This document shows positions 38,272 to 50,808 of a stretch of DNA of 64,000 nt, piece by piece (positions within the stretch are counted from its first letter, which is position 1; every line of letters begins with the position of its first letter). The position numbers and the translations under genes are program-made. The stretch lies in the NCBI RefSeq assembly GCF_963921235.1, contig NC_086108.1:38380001-38444000 (forward strand), given 5' to 3'. The notes under the pieces were generated by a model, which saw only the letters and a program-made list of their open reading frames with translations, ran no database searches and was not told the DNA's origin. The DNA comes from Mobula hypostoma (taxonomy: Eukaryota).

Positions 38272-39848
38272 CAGGTTTCCCCCTCCATCCGAAGGTAGAG
38301 CGTTCCTATGAAACAGTTCGTAAGCCGAAATGTCGTAAAGCGAAGAAGCAATTACCATTTATTTATATGGGAAAATTTTGTGAGCGTTCGCAGACCCAAA
38401 AATAACCTACCAAATCATGCCAAATAACACATAAAACCTAAAATAACAGTAACATATAGTAAAAGCAGGAATGATATGATAAATACACAGCCTATATAAA
38501 GTAGAAATACTTTTCCACAATCATTACTGCACTGTTCTCTGTAGCGAAAATCTCACACAAGCGCTGTCGGCAGAAAATCTCACGCAAGCGCTGTTGGCAA
38601 AAACACGGCGCAAGCGCTCTCCAGTAACCTGTAAGCTATGAAGCTGCCAAATCATACCAAATAACGCGTAAAAATACACAGCCTATATAAAGTAGAAATA
38701 ATGTATGTACAGTGTAGTATCACTTACCGGAATCGGGAAGACAGCGCCGAGCACACTGATGATGGTGTGTTAGGCTAAGTCGGAGTTTGGGTGGTGCAGT
38801 GGCCCCCACCCTCCAGGCCGCCGAGTGATACATTGCCACGAAGCATGCAGTGGTACAGCGGTAGTCGGGAGGAAAACAGCACATCTTTAAGAAAAAAGCC
38901 GAAACAAACATGCTAACTAATTAGGTGTCACCCGACACGTAATTGTCGGCCCAGATCAGTGACGATTTCTGATTGCGTCATCTCTGATCTGGGCCGACAA
39001 TTACTGTCGGCATCACCTAATTAATTAGCATGTTTATTTCGGCTTTTTTCTTAAAGATGTGCTGTGTGTCTCCCGGCTACTGTTGCATTCTTTGCGAATC
39101 GGTATCTGTCCGTGGCCTAGGGGTTGGGGTGGTGGGACACTGGGGTGTCATCTCGTCATCGTCTATTTCCATTAGGGCAGGCAGCTCATCTTCTATCTCT
39201 GCCCGCCTCGATGTCGAAGGTCGAGGTTCGTCGTCTGCTGTGGCTGATGTGGAAGGCTTGCTTGACTACTGAGCCTCGTGCATTTTTCTATCATACAGTT
39301 CTTTGTAAGGACTCAAACCATCTTGCAAATATCCCCTAAACCTATGTACCCTTTCAAAATTAAAGTCGTACTTTATCATTACTCATTCAGTTTTGATTGT
39401 TATCCTTTTTCTTCCAATTGCATCTGCTCTTCATCTATCAGTTCTTGGTGATGGGATGCCAAAACCTCTTCAACATCATGTTTGTCAGCTTCCACAAGCC
39501 AAACTCACTTTGTCCTTACTTCGTTCACCACGATCAAAACGCTTAATTATGTCTAGTTTTACGCTAAGTGTAACACCCTTACAAGCTCTTTTAGGCTTTT
39601 CCAATACCTTAGAACTCATCTTGCAAATGACTGCTCACAGGCACGTGTTTAAGCAATGCCAGTGAGAATGCAGTTCCGAATCCGGGGAGAGTGGCTGCTC
39701 GGGGCGTGCGCTGCTTTTTATCGCACACTGATTTTTTATAGCGCGCTGCTTCTTTTTCATAACAGTGAAAACACCTTCTGAAAGCGAAAACAGGGTACTA
39801 ATTCAGGTCTTTCGTAACAGTGAGGTTTCGAAAAGTGGAGGACACCTG
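38272..39848 (-). mobile_element. Tigger/pogo-like DNA transposon, internally deleted
   Basis: TA|CAGGTTTCC...GGACACCTG|TA; minus-strand ATG at 39619 gives MSSKVLEKPKRACKGVTLSVKLDIIKRFDRGERSKD (CENP-B/psq-type HTH start) joined to an acidic C-terminus. Confidence 0.8.
38797..39133. mobile_element. Palindromic hAT-type MITE nested in the Tigger element
   Basis: cagtggcccccacc...ggggttggggtggtg ends; ~90-bp inverted arms at 38876-38965 and 38975-39064. Confidence 0.7.
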
Positions 39849-40874
39849 TATAACATTGTAGATCAATTGTGATGTTGCTTCCTACAAGCAATGGCCATGT
39901 CCTCTAATTCCGCTGTGAAAAGCAAAATAATTTGACATGGTTTGCATTATCCAGTCCATTTGAAATCCTAAAAATCACTTTCTCAACCTTCTTATTTTTA
40001 ATTGGAATCAGTTCATTTTTGTATCATTGTCCCACATCATCCAATCTCTCTACACCCTCAAACATTCTGGTGACTCTCGTCTATACACTTCATTAGTTAC
40101 AGGATTAATTTTATACTTTGGTCAACAGAACTCCAATTAGCATGGTTATATGCAGTTACAACAAAAGTGTAAAAAAAGGTATTAAAAATATTGTATTGGA
40201 TTTGTATTGACCTATTAATATACCACAACATTTGATTTGCATTACTTGCTCATAGGAATTTTACAATTGTTTCAAATTATTATCTACCAGAGCACCTAAA
40301 TCTCCTTCACATTCCATGCAGACTTCATTGCATTTTATGTAAAGTCTTTTTTTGTCTTTGTCACCACATGAAGCATTTTGCATTTCATTACATTTCATTT
40401 GCCATCTGTCAATTCACTGGAATATTAAAATCTTCTTACAGCTTATTCTGTTCAGCTCTAAAATCTAACTCGTTCATCTGTTTTTTTGACATTTGCAGTA
40501 TTTGCCACGATACTGGTTACTCCTCTATTGTATAAAGCTAGTCAACAAGATCTCAGACTTCTGTGTGACTGCACTGGTAGCAATCCTAAGGGTCGATGAC
40601 AATTCCTGTATAACTATTTTTCAGAATTCCATTAGTTATCTGGTAATACAAGTTGAAATGAACTGAAAGTTTTCCCTCATCTCCAAGGATATTGCCTTTT
40701 AAAGGAGATACTCATGGAATGAAAGAGACAAGGCAGGCAATAGAAGCAGATGGGAGTCCTAGTTGCAAATACCATCTCACCAGCTACGGAATTTAAAGTT
40801 GAAACATTTAGAATATTTGGATAAAAAAGCTAGCATTAGTAATAGTGACCACAAAACATCTGAACTGTCTAAAA

Positions 40875-41490
40875 ATCAAGTTTATTGTCATTTAACTATA
40901 TACATATATACCGTCAAATAAGACTGCATTTCTCCGAACCAGGACGCAAAGAACAGTAATGTATGTAACACACAATAACTTAGGAAAGTAAGGATAAAAT
41001 CTACTAGAAATTACAAACAAATTAATAAAGGAAAGTGCATAAATCAGGTACAGAACAGAGTAACCAGTGACACTTTGAATGCAATGCAGCAGGAAGTTCA
41101 GAAGCCTAACGGTCTGAGGGAAGGAAATGTTTCCCACCATGACCTTTCTTGTGTTTATGCAGCGAAGTCTCCTGCCTGATGGTAGAAAGTCAAAGAGGAT
41201 GGTGGGTGGATGGGTGGGATCCTTGATAATATTAATGGCCCTGCATATGCAGCGCTCTTGATAACTGTCCCCAATGGATCATAGGGAGACCCCTATGATC
41301 CTCTCAGCATTTCTCACAGTCCTTTGTAGGGACTTCCAGTCCAATGCTTAGCTGCTCCCATACCAGATGGAGTTGCAGCTTGCCAGGACACTCATCCTAA
41401 CTGTAAAATTTAGTTAAGATGAGGGGTTGGATGGGGGGAGCCTCATTTGCCTCAATCTCCTTAAGTGGAGCTGCTGCTGTGCCTTTTGAG
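40875..41490 (-). mobile_element. Rex1/Babar 3' fragment
   Basis: SFPQTVRLLN and HPPTIL..LPSGRR motifs on the minus strand. Confidence 0.75.
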
Positions 41491-41649
41491 TTAATTTATT
41501 AATAACCTTTGCAGATGACAATCCATCATCCTTACCTTGCCTGCTTTATGTGCAACTCAAGACATGATAATGTGGTCAACTTGAACTTAGCTTCTACATC
41601 ACTATCCAATTTTGGAGACAGTTAGGAATAGATAATAAACACGAGTAAT

Positions 41650-42695
41650 CAAAGTTCAAAGGAAGTTTATTATCAAAGTACATATACATCAGCATATCCA
41701 ACTCTGAGATTCATTTTCTTGTGGCGTAAACAGCAAATCTAAGAAACACAATAGAATCAATGAAAGACTGCATCCCACAGGATGGACAAACAACCAATGT
41801 GCAAAAGATAAGAAACTGTGCAAATACAAAATCAGCAGCAAAAAAAAATTAATAAATATCAAAAACATGAAATAAAGAGTCTTTGAAAGTGAGTCCATAG
41901 GTTGTGGAAACAGTTCAGTAATGGGGTGAGTGAAGTTTAGTGAAATTATCCCCTCTGGTTCAAGAGCCTGATGGTTGAGCCTGATAATAACTGTTCCTGA
42001 ACCTGGTAGTGTGGGTCCTGAGACTCCTGTACTTTCTTGTTGATAGCAACAGTGAGAAGAGAGCATGGCTAGATGATGGGGGTTCTTGATGATGGATGCT
42101 GTTTTCCTGCAACAGTGCTCCACATAGATGTGCTCAGTGCTGATGTGGGCTTTACTCGTGATGGATTGGACCATATCCACTACTTTTTGTAGGATTTTCC
42201 ATTTAAGGGCATTGGTGTTTCCACACCAAGCTGCGATGCAACCAGTCAGTATACCGTCCATCACACATCTATAGAAGTTTATCAGAGTTTTAGGTGTCAT
42301 GCCAAAACTTTGCAAACTTCTAAGGAAGTAGTGGTGCAGACATGCTTTCTTTGTAAGGACTCTTAAGTGCTGGACCCAAAACAGATCCTCTGAAATAGTT
42401 ACACTGAGGAATTTAAAGTTACTGACCCTCTCCACCTCTGATCTCCTGATGAGGACTGGCTCTTGGACCTTCGGTTTTCTCCGTCTGAAGTCATTAATCA
42501 GCTCCTTGGTCTTGTTGACATTGAGTGAGAGGTTGTTGCTGAGGCACCAGTCAGCAAGATTTTCAACCTCCCTCCTATATGCTGATTCATCACCACCTTT
42601 GTTTCAGCCAATGACAATAATGTTGTCAGCAAACTTAAATATAGCACTGGAGTTGTGCTTAGCCTCACAGTAATAAGTATAAAGCGAGTGTAAGT
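41650..42695 (-). mobile_element. Rex1/Babar RT-to-3' fragment
   Basis: ERVSNFKFLSVTISEDLFW..LINFYRCV..ILTGCIAAWCG; FKFADN at ~42620-42640. Confidence 0.85.
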
Positions 42696-45600
42696 ACAAA
42701 TCTGCAAATGAATAAATCTAGAAATTGCTGAATAAGTTGTTTAATCCTTCGAAAGCTTTTTAAAAATGGTATTATCACTCCAAGGATCATTATCCCTGCA
42801 CGATTAGATCATTCCACTGTATATTAAAAATACATAATAAAAATCAATGATTACCCATTCTAGTCTTTAATGATCCTAACAATAAAATCCAAACAACCTC
42901 TGACTTTGAAAATACTTTTTTTAATGTAGAGTTTCACTTCGCTTCAGTTTCTTCATTGTTTGAAGATAATTTTCTCTTTAAAAGATGAATACAATTAATT
43001 GTCAATTTGCATTGTTCTTCTCTTACAATATTTTCCTTATCCTCCAATTTAATATGGAATTCAATTCTGGTGAAGATTTTATGGTGCAGACTCTGCCTGG
43101 GTCATTAAAAATCTTTTCATCTAATTGGTTAAGAAAACAGATTGCTGCTCATCATACTTGTACACAAGCTCCAGTTCTTGTGTAGAGGGTAGCGCAATTT
43201 TTATCTGGCTATTTTACCTGGAAATTGCCACGCAAAAGTCAACAGGCAAGTGAAATTTTTGGTGTTGTTCATTCACTGCTGAGAGTAAAATCTGAGCAGA
43301 GACTGATTTCTTAAGCAGTCAGAAACAAAGGATCTGGGCTGCATCTTAAGTTATTTGTGACAAATACATGAAACAGCATTAACCGTTTTTACCAATTAGA
43401 AGCATCCTCCTTAATTTAAAAAAAACAATTGCAGTGTTTGCACCATAGGCACTGCAAGATAATGCCTAAATATCATGTAATTATAGGAATTGCTTGTAAC
43501 ATCACTTGCTTGAACAAAGTGATGGTCAAAATCAAAGTAATAAAAATTAAGTATTAAGAATTCTCTCTCAAAGAAAAAAAATGCAAGAACAGAAATTGGT
43601 CGAGGAAAATCTTGTTTTCAAGTTGTAGAAACAGAGGTCGAGCTACATAATAATTTAAACCAACGTTAGTAGTAAACAACATCTGTAACCACTTCTCCCT
43701 CAACGCTAAAGTACTGCTGGAAATAGAATATTTTGTCTGAACGTGATGAATGATTTATATTTTTCAAAATGGTATACCTCAATGTAAGAAGGTATGCAGG
43801 TTTACAATAATGGCATTTGTGCCATAGACGAGGAACATTAGATCCAAAGTTGAATTAAGTCATTTTGCTTATTTTAAATCCATGTTTCTGTTCATTATAT
43901 AAAAACAACGTCTAACTTATTATGTAATTTGATATATTTACTGTAAAAAGAAATGAGATTTAAGAACCTTACAAAGTTGAAGAGGTGGGATTGCTATTTT
44001 GGGGTCACCTAATTTCAAATTATGCGCAGTCATACAAGGCACACTTAGCTCCTAATGATGTTCAAGTGGTGAATCAGCAAATACCTGGAATATGCCCAAT
44101 CAAGCAATCCCTCAGAAAGTGTCTCAGGCTTCTAAGGGCGATTCACAACAGAAGTAGCTGATTGGATTTCCCAAACAGTATGATGAGATCCAGAAATCAT
44201 AGAAAATGCATTTTACTCAGAGCTAAACACATAGTTGTTATGCAATTCAATTCCTTGGTATCAGCCTTATTGCCTTATTCTTCAATTAAAAATCTCATAT
44301 ATGGATTATGTCCATAGAGATCAACACACTGTTAACTGCTGTAGGGTGTAGAAACTGAGCATTGCAGTTACATCAGCAGTGGTGATCCCACAGCAATTTG
44401 CTCTGAGGAACCGAGTAACAGTTTGTTTTTTTTTTCCTTTATTTAGTCCCTATCATGCAATTCTTCAGATTTGCTGGAGGCAATGAAAAAAATAACAGGA
44501 GCCACAACTTCAAAGAGAACAGAGCATCTACTTGAATGCAAAAGAGGCACAATGCCCTACCTCATGCAAAATAATACTACATGCAGTGACACATAAGATG
44601 TTCCAGACCACTTAATAAATTTTGCAACCAAACAGGCAGGAAAATGCATTCTACTTGCATGGTCAAGAATTAAGTTATTCTCTCTGTTGCATTATCAAGA
44701 AGCAGAGAAAAGACTTGAACTGGAATTGAGCTGTTAACCAGCAACTAAACTGCACCTTGCATTTCTGAATATATAATTTATCATAAGTTCTTGTTAAATT
44801 AAAATTAAAGCCAAAAGATTATAAGCACTATCAAAATATATTCCTACTATCCCATGCCTCCTAGCAATATAACTGAAAATGCTGTGAAGCCTTAGAGGTA
44901 AAAGACAGTGAGATGACAGTGAGATACAAAGATCGCCAGTGACAAAATGTTGTAATGATGTTTTTAATTGTTGCAGGATTGCAAACATCATAGCTGTACT
45001 TACATTCAGAAAATTTTTAGTGGTTTTATATCAGAAAGGCTTTCCTTTCTACAAATAACCAGATGACTGCTGACTAAAGAAAATACTGCATGTAAAAGCT
45101 TGCCTCCCAGGGAGCAGTCGTGACTCATTTATTCCACAGCAGCCAGTAATCACAGCCCTGCAGATCGAAAAACTTTTCAAGGGATCATAACCATTGGCAG
45201 GCTGAAGTAGGGCAGCAAAACACATTCATCAGAAGAGAGTCGATATCATGAGACGTACAAGAAGATCAAAATTAGTATTGGGCATATCATAGCAGGCTGA
45301 AGCAATGATTTTGCTGTTACAAGGGACAGTAGGAAAAAAATTGAAGAATGCATTTCTATTGCACCTTTCATGATGCAAAGCTATTTCAGAGCAATTTGCA
45401 GCTAATGAACTAATTCTTAAAGGTGCAGTCATTATTGTAGTGTTGGAAGCATGGGAAAGTTGTTCATAGCTTAATCCCTATGACAGTAATGATATATCTC
45501 TCTTGGTAATGTTTGTTGAGAGATGACTATTAACAAGTTCACCTGACGACCTCCCCAGTGCCTCCAAGTAATTCAACTTTTAATTGGAACAGAAGGAGTA

Positions 45601-47509
45601 TTTTACATAAAATAAAATAACACTTTATTTAAAAGATGGATTCTTCAGCAGTTTTGCACTTCCTCAGTACTACCGTGCTCAGCAATCTGGTTGACATTCC
45701 ACAGTGAGATAGCCAAGAAAGAACCTCACCAGAAGATGTATTATTTTCAATTAACATCAGTCACAGTCATGTGTATTCTGCAAAATATATCCCATCGACT
45801 CCCTGCTAAGAGATGGGAGCAACCACTCATTTAGAAGACCGTGTTCAAGCAGAGCTAAGTGGAGTAGGATTATCCCGTAAACCATTACTTTCAATGAAAG
45901 GCTTCCTTTGGTGCTGCTAAATTGTAAAATCACGCAAACTGACAGAGTAAAAGCGCTGGCAGACTGGTAATGGCAAGCTAGATTCCTACCACAAAGTGAG
46001 TATTGAATCATCTGTTGCCTTAGCAATATGGAGCATTGGGAAAAACAAAGCAAGCTTTAGTCTGCTTTTGGCTATTTGGTATCAGTTCATGAGGATTTGA
46101 CACCGTAAGTGAATATCTGAAACATTCATTATGTTAAGTGTAACAAAGGAAATTGAAAACGGTACTTAAAGCTTCTATTTAAATTTTGGAACTGTGATGG
46201 AATTTAGATGCATCAGCAATCTGCATTTTCTTAGAATATTTATTGTTAGGCCAAATTAATATTCTCTTGCTTTGACCAAGGGAGATCTTCGATAATTTAT
46301 TAAGTTTACCAATTTACTAAAGAACTCCAATGACAATCAGTAAAAAGCACCAGTTCATTGACAGACTCCAACTAATTCATGCATGGAACAATAGCTGCTC
46401 TTAGACTGGAGTTTGACTTCCTGGAAAAATTTCCCCGGGATGGAGGGAATTACGCAACCTAATAAGCAGACCTCATATCTCACCACACGAGATTCCACTG
46501 TACCAGGTCTGTTGCTATCTTTCTGCTCAAAATGGTGAACAGGTTTCTTTACAGCAAGATGTGAAAAAGTATATATAGCTCATGAAATCTCTGCTAACTC
46601 TCAAGAACCATCCACATAGGCCTGTTCCCCTTCCCCCAATCCCCCAAGTCTTAAATCAAAATCCAAGAAATTGACACTGTTAATATTTTTTATTACTTAC
46701 CATCCTCTGGCTTTATTTGATCAGTTATTCTTCTGGGTAAAAATTATCCACTGAATTTTGTTATTTTCTTATGATCTACCGTACCTCAACAATTAAAGTT
46801 AATCTCTCCAAATATCATGACTTCCAGCTGGGATGTGTGCATGCCAAAAGAAGAGATACTAAGCACACATGACATACTTTTCATTGGTCTACTGTGTAAA
46901 GTTACAGATTCAACAGTGGCATCAATGGATTCCCTTTAGCTAACAGTTCTCTGCAGGAAGAAGTTGCAGTTTAAAAATCATAAATTAGCAACAATGCTAC
47001 TATATATACTGTGCATACCAATTCATTATTCACAATAACCGTCACATTTCAGTCACTCAATTAAGATTGGTCAAAATGGACAAAAACAGATAGAATATGG
47101 AACAATTAATTTTAATCAATTTGGAAATAGATTCAGGGCATCTCCAATTGGAACAATTGCTCCAAACACGTAGAAAGAGTAATATACCTGGGTGTAATAT
47201 AACTAGATCCAGGCAATTCATGCACTAAGTCAGGCCTGGACAATTTGTTCACCAACTACACCCAGTCAACTCATCAACTGACTAGTTCAGAGATTAAATA
47301 GTGGAATTCCCTGGGACTGGTGAGGTGGTGCGGTGGGGGGGGGGGGGGAGAGAAGTGGTGGAGGAAGTGGGGTGGGATTGAGACTTCAGCCCAATCACTT
47401 GCTGTGGTCTTATCCCTTCGGAATTGGGTACATTGTCATGGTATAATATTGTTTGATCAGATATTTCTGTTCAGTGTGAGGTTAGCTACCTTCCATAAAA
47501 GGCATTCTA

Positions 47510-50500
47510 TTGTTTAGTAGGTTGAGGAGAGAGCTTAGATCATTGAGACAGAGGTGGAAGGTAGCAAGTGAGGGTGACAAGCCAGGGCTTGCTGATCTCC
47601 GAGAACATTTTCAAATAAAGTTAGCATCACTCCGTCGTACAAAGTCACAACGTGAAAAAAGAAAGAAGAAAGAGAAAGCAAGAAAGTTAATTCTTTGAGA
47701 ACCCTCACAAGTTTATAAAGAAACTGTTTGAACAAAGTAGGAGCAGGCAGCTTATCTCTCAACAAGAACTTGAGGATCACCTGGCAAGCACTTACTCTAA
47801 CGAACAGCAGGAGGCTCCTTTGCTTGACATTTCAGGGCTTGTGAAGCCTACCAAGCCAGGAGTGAAGTTCGATCTGTCAGAACTCAAACTGGCAGAAGTC
47901 GAACAGTTCATCAGAAAGGCAAGGTCAGGCTCAGTGCCAGGACCTAATGGAGTGCCGTATAAGGTATTCAAGAAGTGTGAAGAGCTGAGGAAATACTTGT
48001 GGAGATTGTTAAAGGTGGTGTGGAGACAAGATGTTGTTTCTTTGTCATGGAGTGAGGCTGAAGGAGTATACATCCCAAAGGAAGAGAATTCTACTACATT
48101 GAATCAGTTCTGACCAATTTCACTCCTGAATGGAGAGGAGAAGATTATGTTTGGCATTCTGGCAGAAAGAGTATCTTCATTTGTGATACAGAATGGATTA
48201 GTAAATACGTCTGTGCAGAAAGCAGGAGTACCAGGCTTCCCAGGATGCCTTGAACATTCTAGTATGATATGGCATACCATCCAGGAGTCAAAAAGGTTGA
48301 GAAGAAATCTGGCTGTAGTTTGGCTTGATCTGGCAAATGCATATGTTTCTGTCCCCCATGTCCTGATTGAGTTTGCGATGAAATTCCTATGGATTCCTGC
48401 TAAGGTGAGGAACTTTGTTATGCAGTACTACAACGATTTCTGGATGAGGTTTTCCAATCAGCAGTTTACAACTAGGTGGCAGAGCTTGGATGGTGGAATC
48501 CCAATGGGATGTGCGATTTCACCCATCCTTTTTGTGTTAGCCATGGAGGTCATTGTGAGGGCTGCAGAATCAGTGGGACCAGGTGTCGCACTTGATGGCA
48601 GAGAGGAGTTACCACCAATATGAGCGTTCATGGCTGATCTTACCCTTTTGGGTCGCAGCACGGAGGCAGTAGAAAATGTACTATCTAGACTCGAGGAGCT
48701 AATGGATTGGGGAAGAATGAAGTTCAAGACCAAGAAGTCAAGGAGCCTTGTTCTTAGGAGAGGAAAGCTCCATTTCACCCTTTGTGGAGAGGAGATTCCA
48801 TCCATTCAGGACCAACCAGTTAAGAGCCTCAGGCGATGGTACACAGAGGAGCTGAGAGACACCAAGAGGGTTCAAGAGACAGGAGAACAGATCAGCAGAG
48901 GTCTGACGTCTGTTGACAAGTGTGGCTTGCCTGGCAAGTTGAAGTTGTGGTGCTTGCAATACGGACTGATGCCATGGATAATGTGGCCACTAACTGTCTA
49001 TGAAGTGTCAATGTCCCATGTTGAGGCAATGGAACAGAAGATCAACAAGTATGTGAAGAAGTGGCTTGGAGTACTGAGCAGCCTCACCAATGTTGCAATC
49101 CACTGTAGCCAGACAAAGCTTACCATCCCAGTGCAATCCCTTGTTGAGGAGGTCAAGGTAGCCAAGTAAGATCATTCTTGATGCTTCGAGACTCAAAAGA
49201 TTCTGTCATCAAGAACACCCAGCCGGATGTGCAGTCAGGCAGGAAGTGGTCAGCCCGTGTAGCACAGTCCAGATTGAAGCACAAGGAGACAGTTGGGGCT
49301 ATCCAGCTAGGCTGCCAGGGACTTGGATGGACAACCCACAAGTGATGGTCATCTTCTACAGGTAAGGAACGTCGTGATCTTGTAACACAAGAAATACGAG
49401 AGGTAGAAGAGGAGAACAGGTTAACTAAAACAGCTGGCCTGGCCAAACAAGGGGCTTGGACCCGGTGGGAAAGTGTTGAACAATGACATCTATCTTGGAA
49501 TGTTCTGTGGCAGATGGAACCGCTCTGCAATTCTTTTCTATGCAGAGCAGCATACGATCTGCTCCCAACACCTGCCAACCTCAGCACCTGGTATGAAGAT
49601 AAGACAGACAGGTGTGCTGCTTGTGGCGAGAAGGGAACACTTCAACATATTTTGAGTGCATGCAGAGTCAATCTTTCCAGCGGCATGTACACTTGGAGAC
49701 ATAACAACGTTCTCAAAGTTGTAACAGAAGCGGCTGAGCAGAGAGTACTGCAGCACAACTTATCTCATGCCCCATGCTGCACAGAACATCGCATATCATT
49801 TGTGAAAGAAGACTCCAAGTCAAGGGTGTACAGCGCAGGCTCACGATCAAGCATACTTTCTTCAGCCAATGATTGGTGTGTCAAGGCTGACCTGGACGGG
49901 AAAGGCAGTTTCCCGGAGCAAATAGCTTTCACAGCTTTGCGTCCAGATATAATCGTATGGTCTGACACCAGTAGAGAAGTGGTTATTGGTGAACTCACAG
50001 TCCCCTGGGAAGACAACATAGATGAAGCCCATGAGCGCAAGTTAACCAAGTATGCAGAATTAAGATCAGAGTGCAGAGACAGGGTGGAAGGTCTCATGTT
50101 ATCCATTCAAAGTAGGCTGCTGTGGGTTTATTGTATTCACTCTCCAGAAGCGGCTGCATGACCTTGGCTTCACTAGAAGAGAGATCAAGTCAACCAGCAG
50201 GGCTGTAGCTGAGGTAGCAGAGAAAGGATCAGCATGGGTATGGACCAAGTATGTCCAGAGGGGCAGATAGTCAGACAGTGTATACATCTTTTGCAAACCC
50301 TTCAGTAGTTGCATAGTCACCTGAAGAGCAGACTATCTGTTGGATGGAAGCGACCAACAACTCTGATAGAGGCAGATGCCAAGTTTTTAAGCTCACCAGT
50401 GGGAGGTGGTGCTTTAGTACTGCTGGTCCACCACCTTGAGAGAGTCTTGATCATAAGCGGGCCGAAACTCCTGAAGACAGGTGGCAGATCAACTGATGAT

Positions 50501-50570
50501 CCCAATGGTGATAGCACAGGACAGTTAACATCTTAGTCCACGTGTATTCTGTAACTGTTAACTTCATTAA
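47510..50570 (+). mobile_element. Hero-clade (R2 group, restriction-like endonuclease) non-LTR retrotransposon, 5' truncated, mildly decayed
   Basis: Single broken ORF: RT (PGPNGVPYKV, QKAGVPGFPGCLEH, WLDLANAY, GIPMGCAISP, FMADLT), CCHC knuckle CAACGEKGTLQHILSAC, RHNNVL, RLE motif LRPDIIVWS..VVIGELTVPWEDNIDEAHERKLTKY; stop at 50268-50270 followed by a ~300-nt 3' UTR. Confidence 0.88.
50431..50503 (+). ncRNA. Candidate permuted (pseudoknotted) hammerhead-like RNA with kink-turn in the Hero 3' UTR
   Basis: CCACCT-T-GA-GAGAGTC-TTGATC-ATAAGC-GGGCC-GAAA-CTCCT-GAA-GA-C-AGGTGG-CA-GATCAA-CTGATGA-TCCC; see finding. Confidence 0.6.
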
Positions 50571-50579
50571 GTCTAAGTG

Positions 50580-50808
50580 ACGCAGACAAAATGCTGGAGG
50601 AACTCAGCAGGCCAGGCAGCATCCATGGAAAAGAGTACAGTCAACGTTTCGGGCCAAGACACTTCGGCAGGACCCTTTGACAGGCCTCAGCCTGAAACAT
50701 CGACCGAACTTTTTTTTTCCATAGATGTTGCCTGGCCTGCTGAGTTCCTCCAGCATTTTGTGTGCATTGCTTGGATTTCCAGCATCTGCAGATTTCCCCT
50801 TGTTTGTT
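50580..50808. repeat. Palindromic Penelope-terminus-derived element with degenerate hammerhead cores
   Basis: Inverted arms aaaatgctggaggaactcagcaggccaggcagcatc / gatgttgcctggcctgctgagttcctccagcatttt; minus GTC-CTGCCGA-AGTGTCTTGGCCC-GAAACGTT-GAC. Confidence 0.8.

Noticed and set aside
41689..42435. Longest ORF (248 aa) as a host gene
   Set aside because: It is a Rex1/Babar ORF2 C-terminal fragment that frameshifts into 3' UTR sequence.
46701..46732. Minus-strand segment with strong gtaagt donor
   Set aside because: Poor acceptor, 32 nt, stops in two frames.
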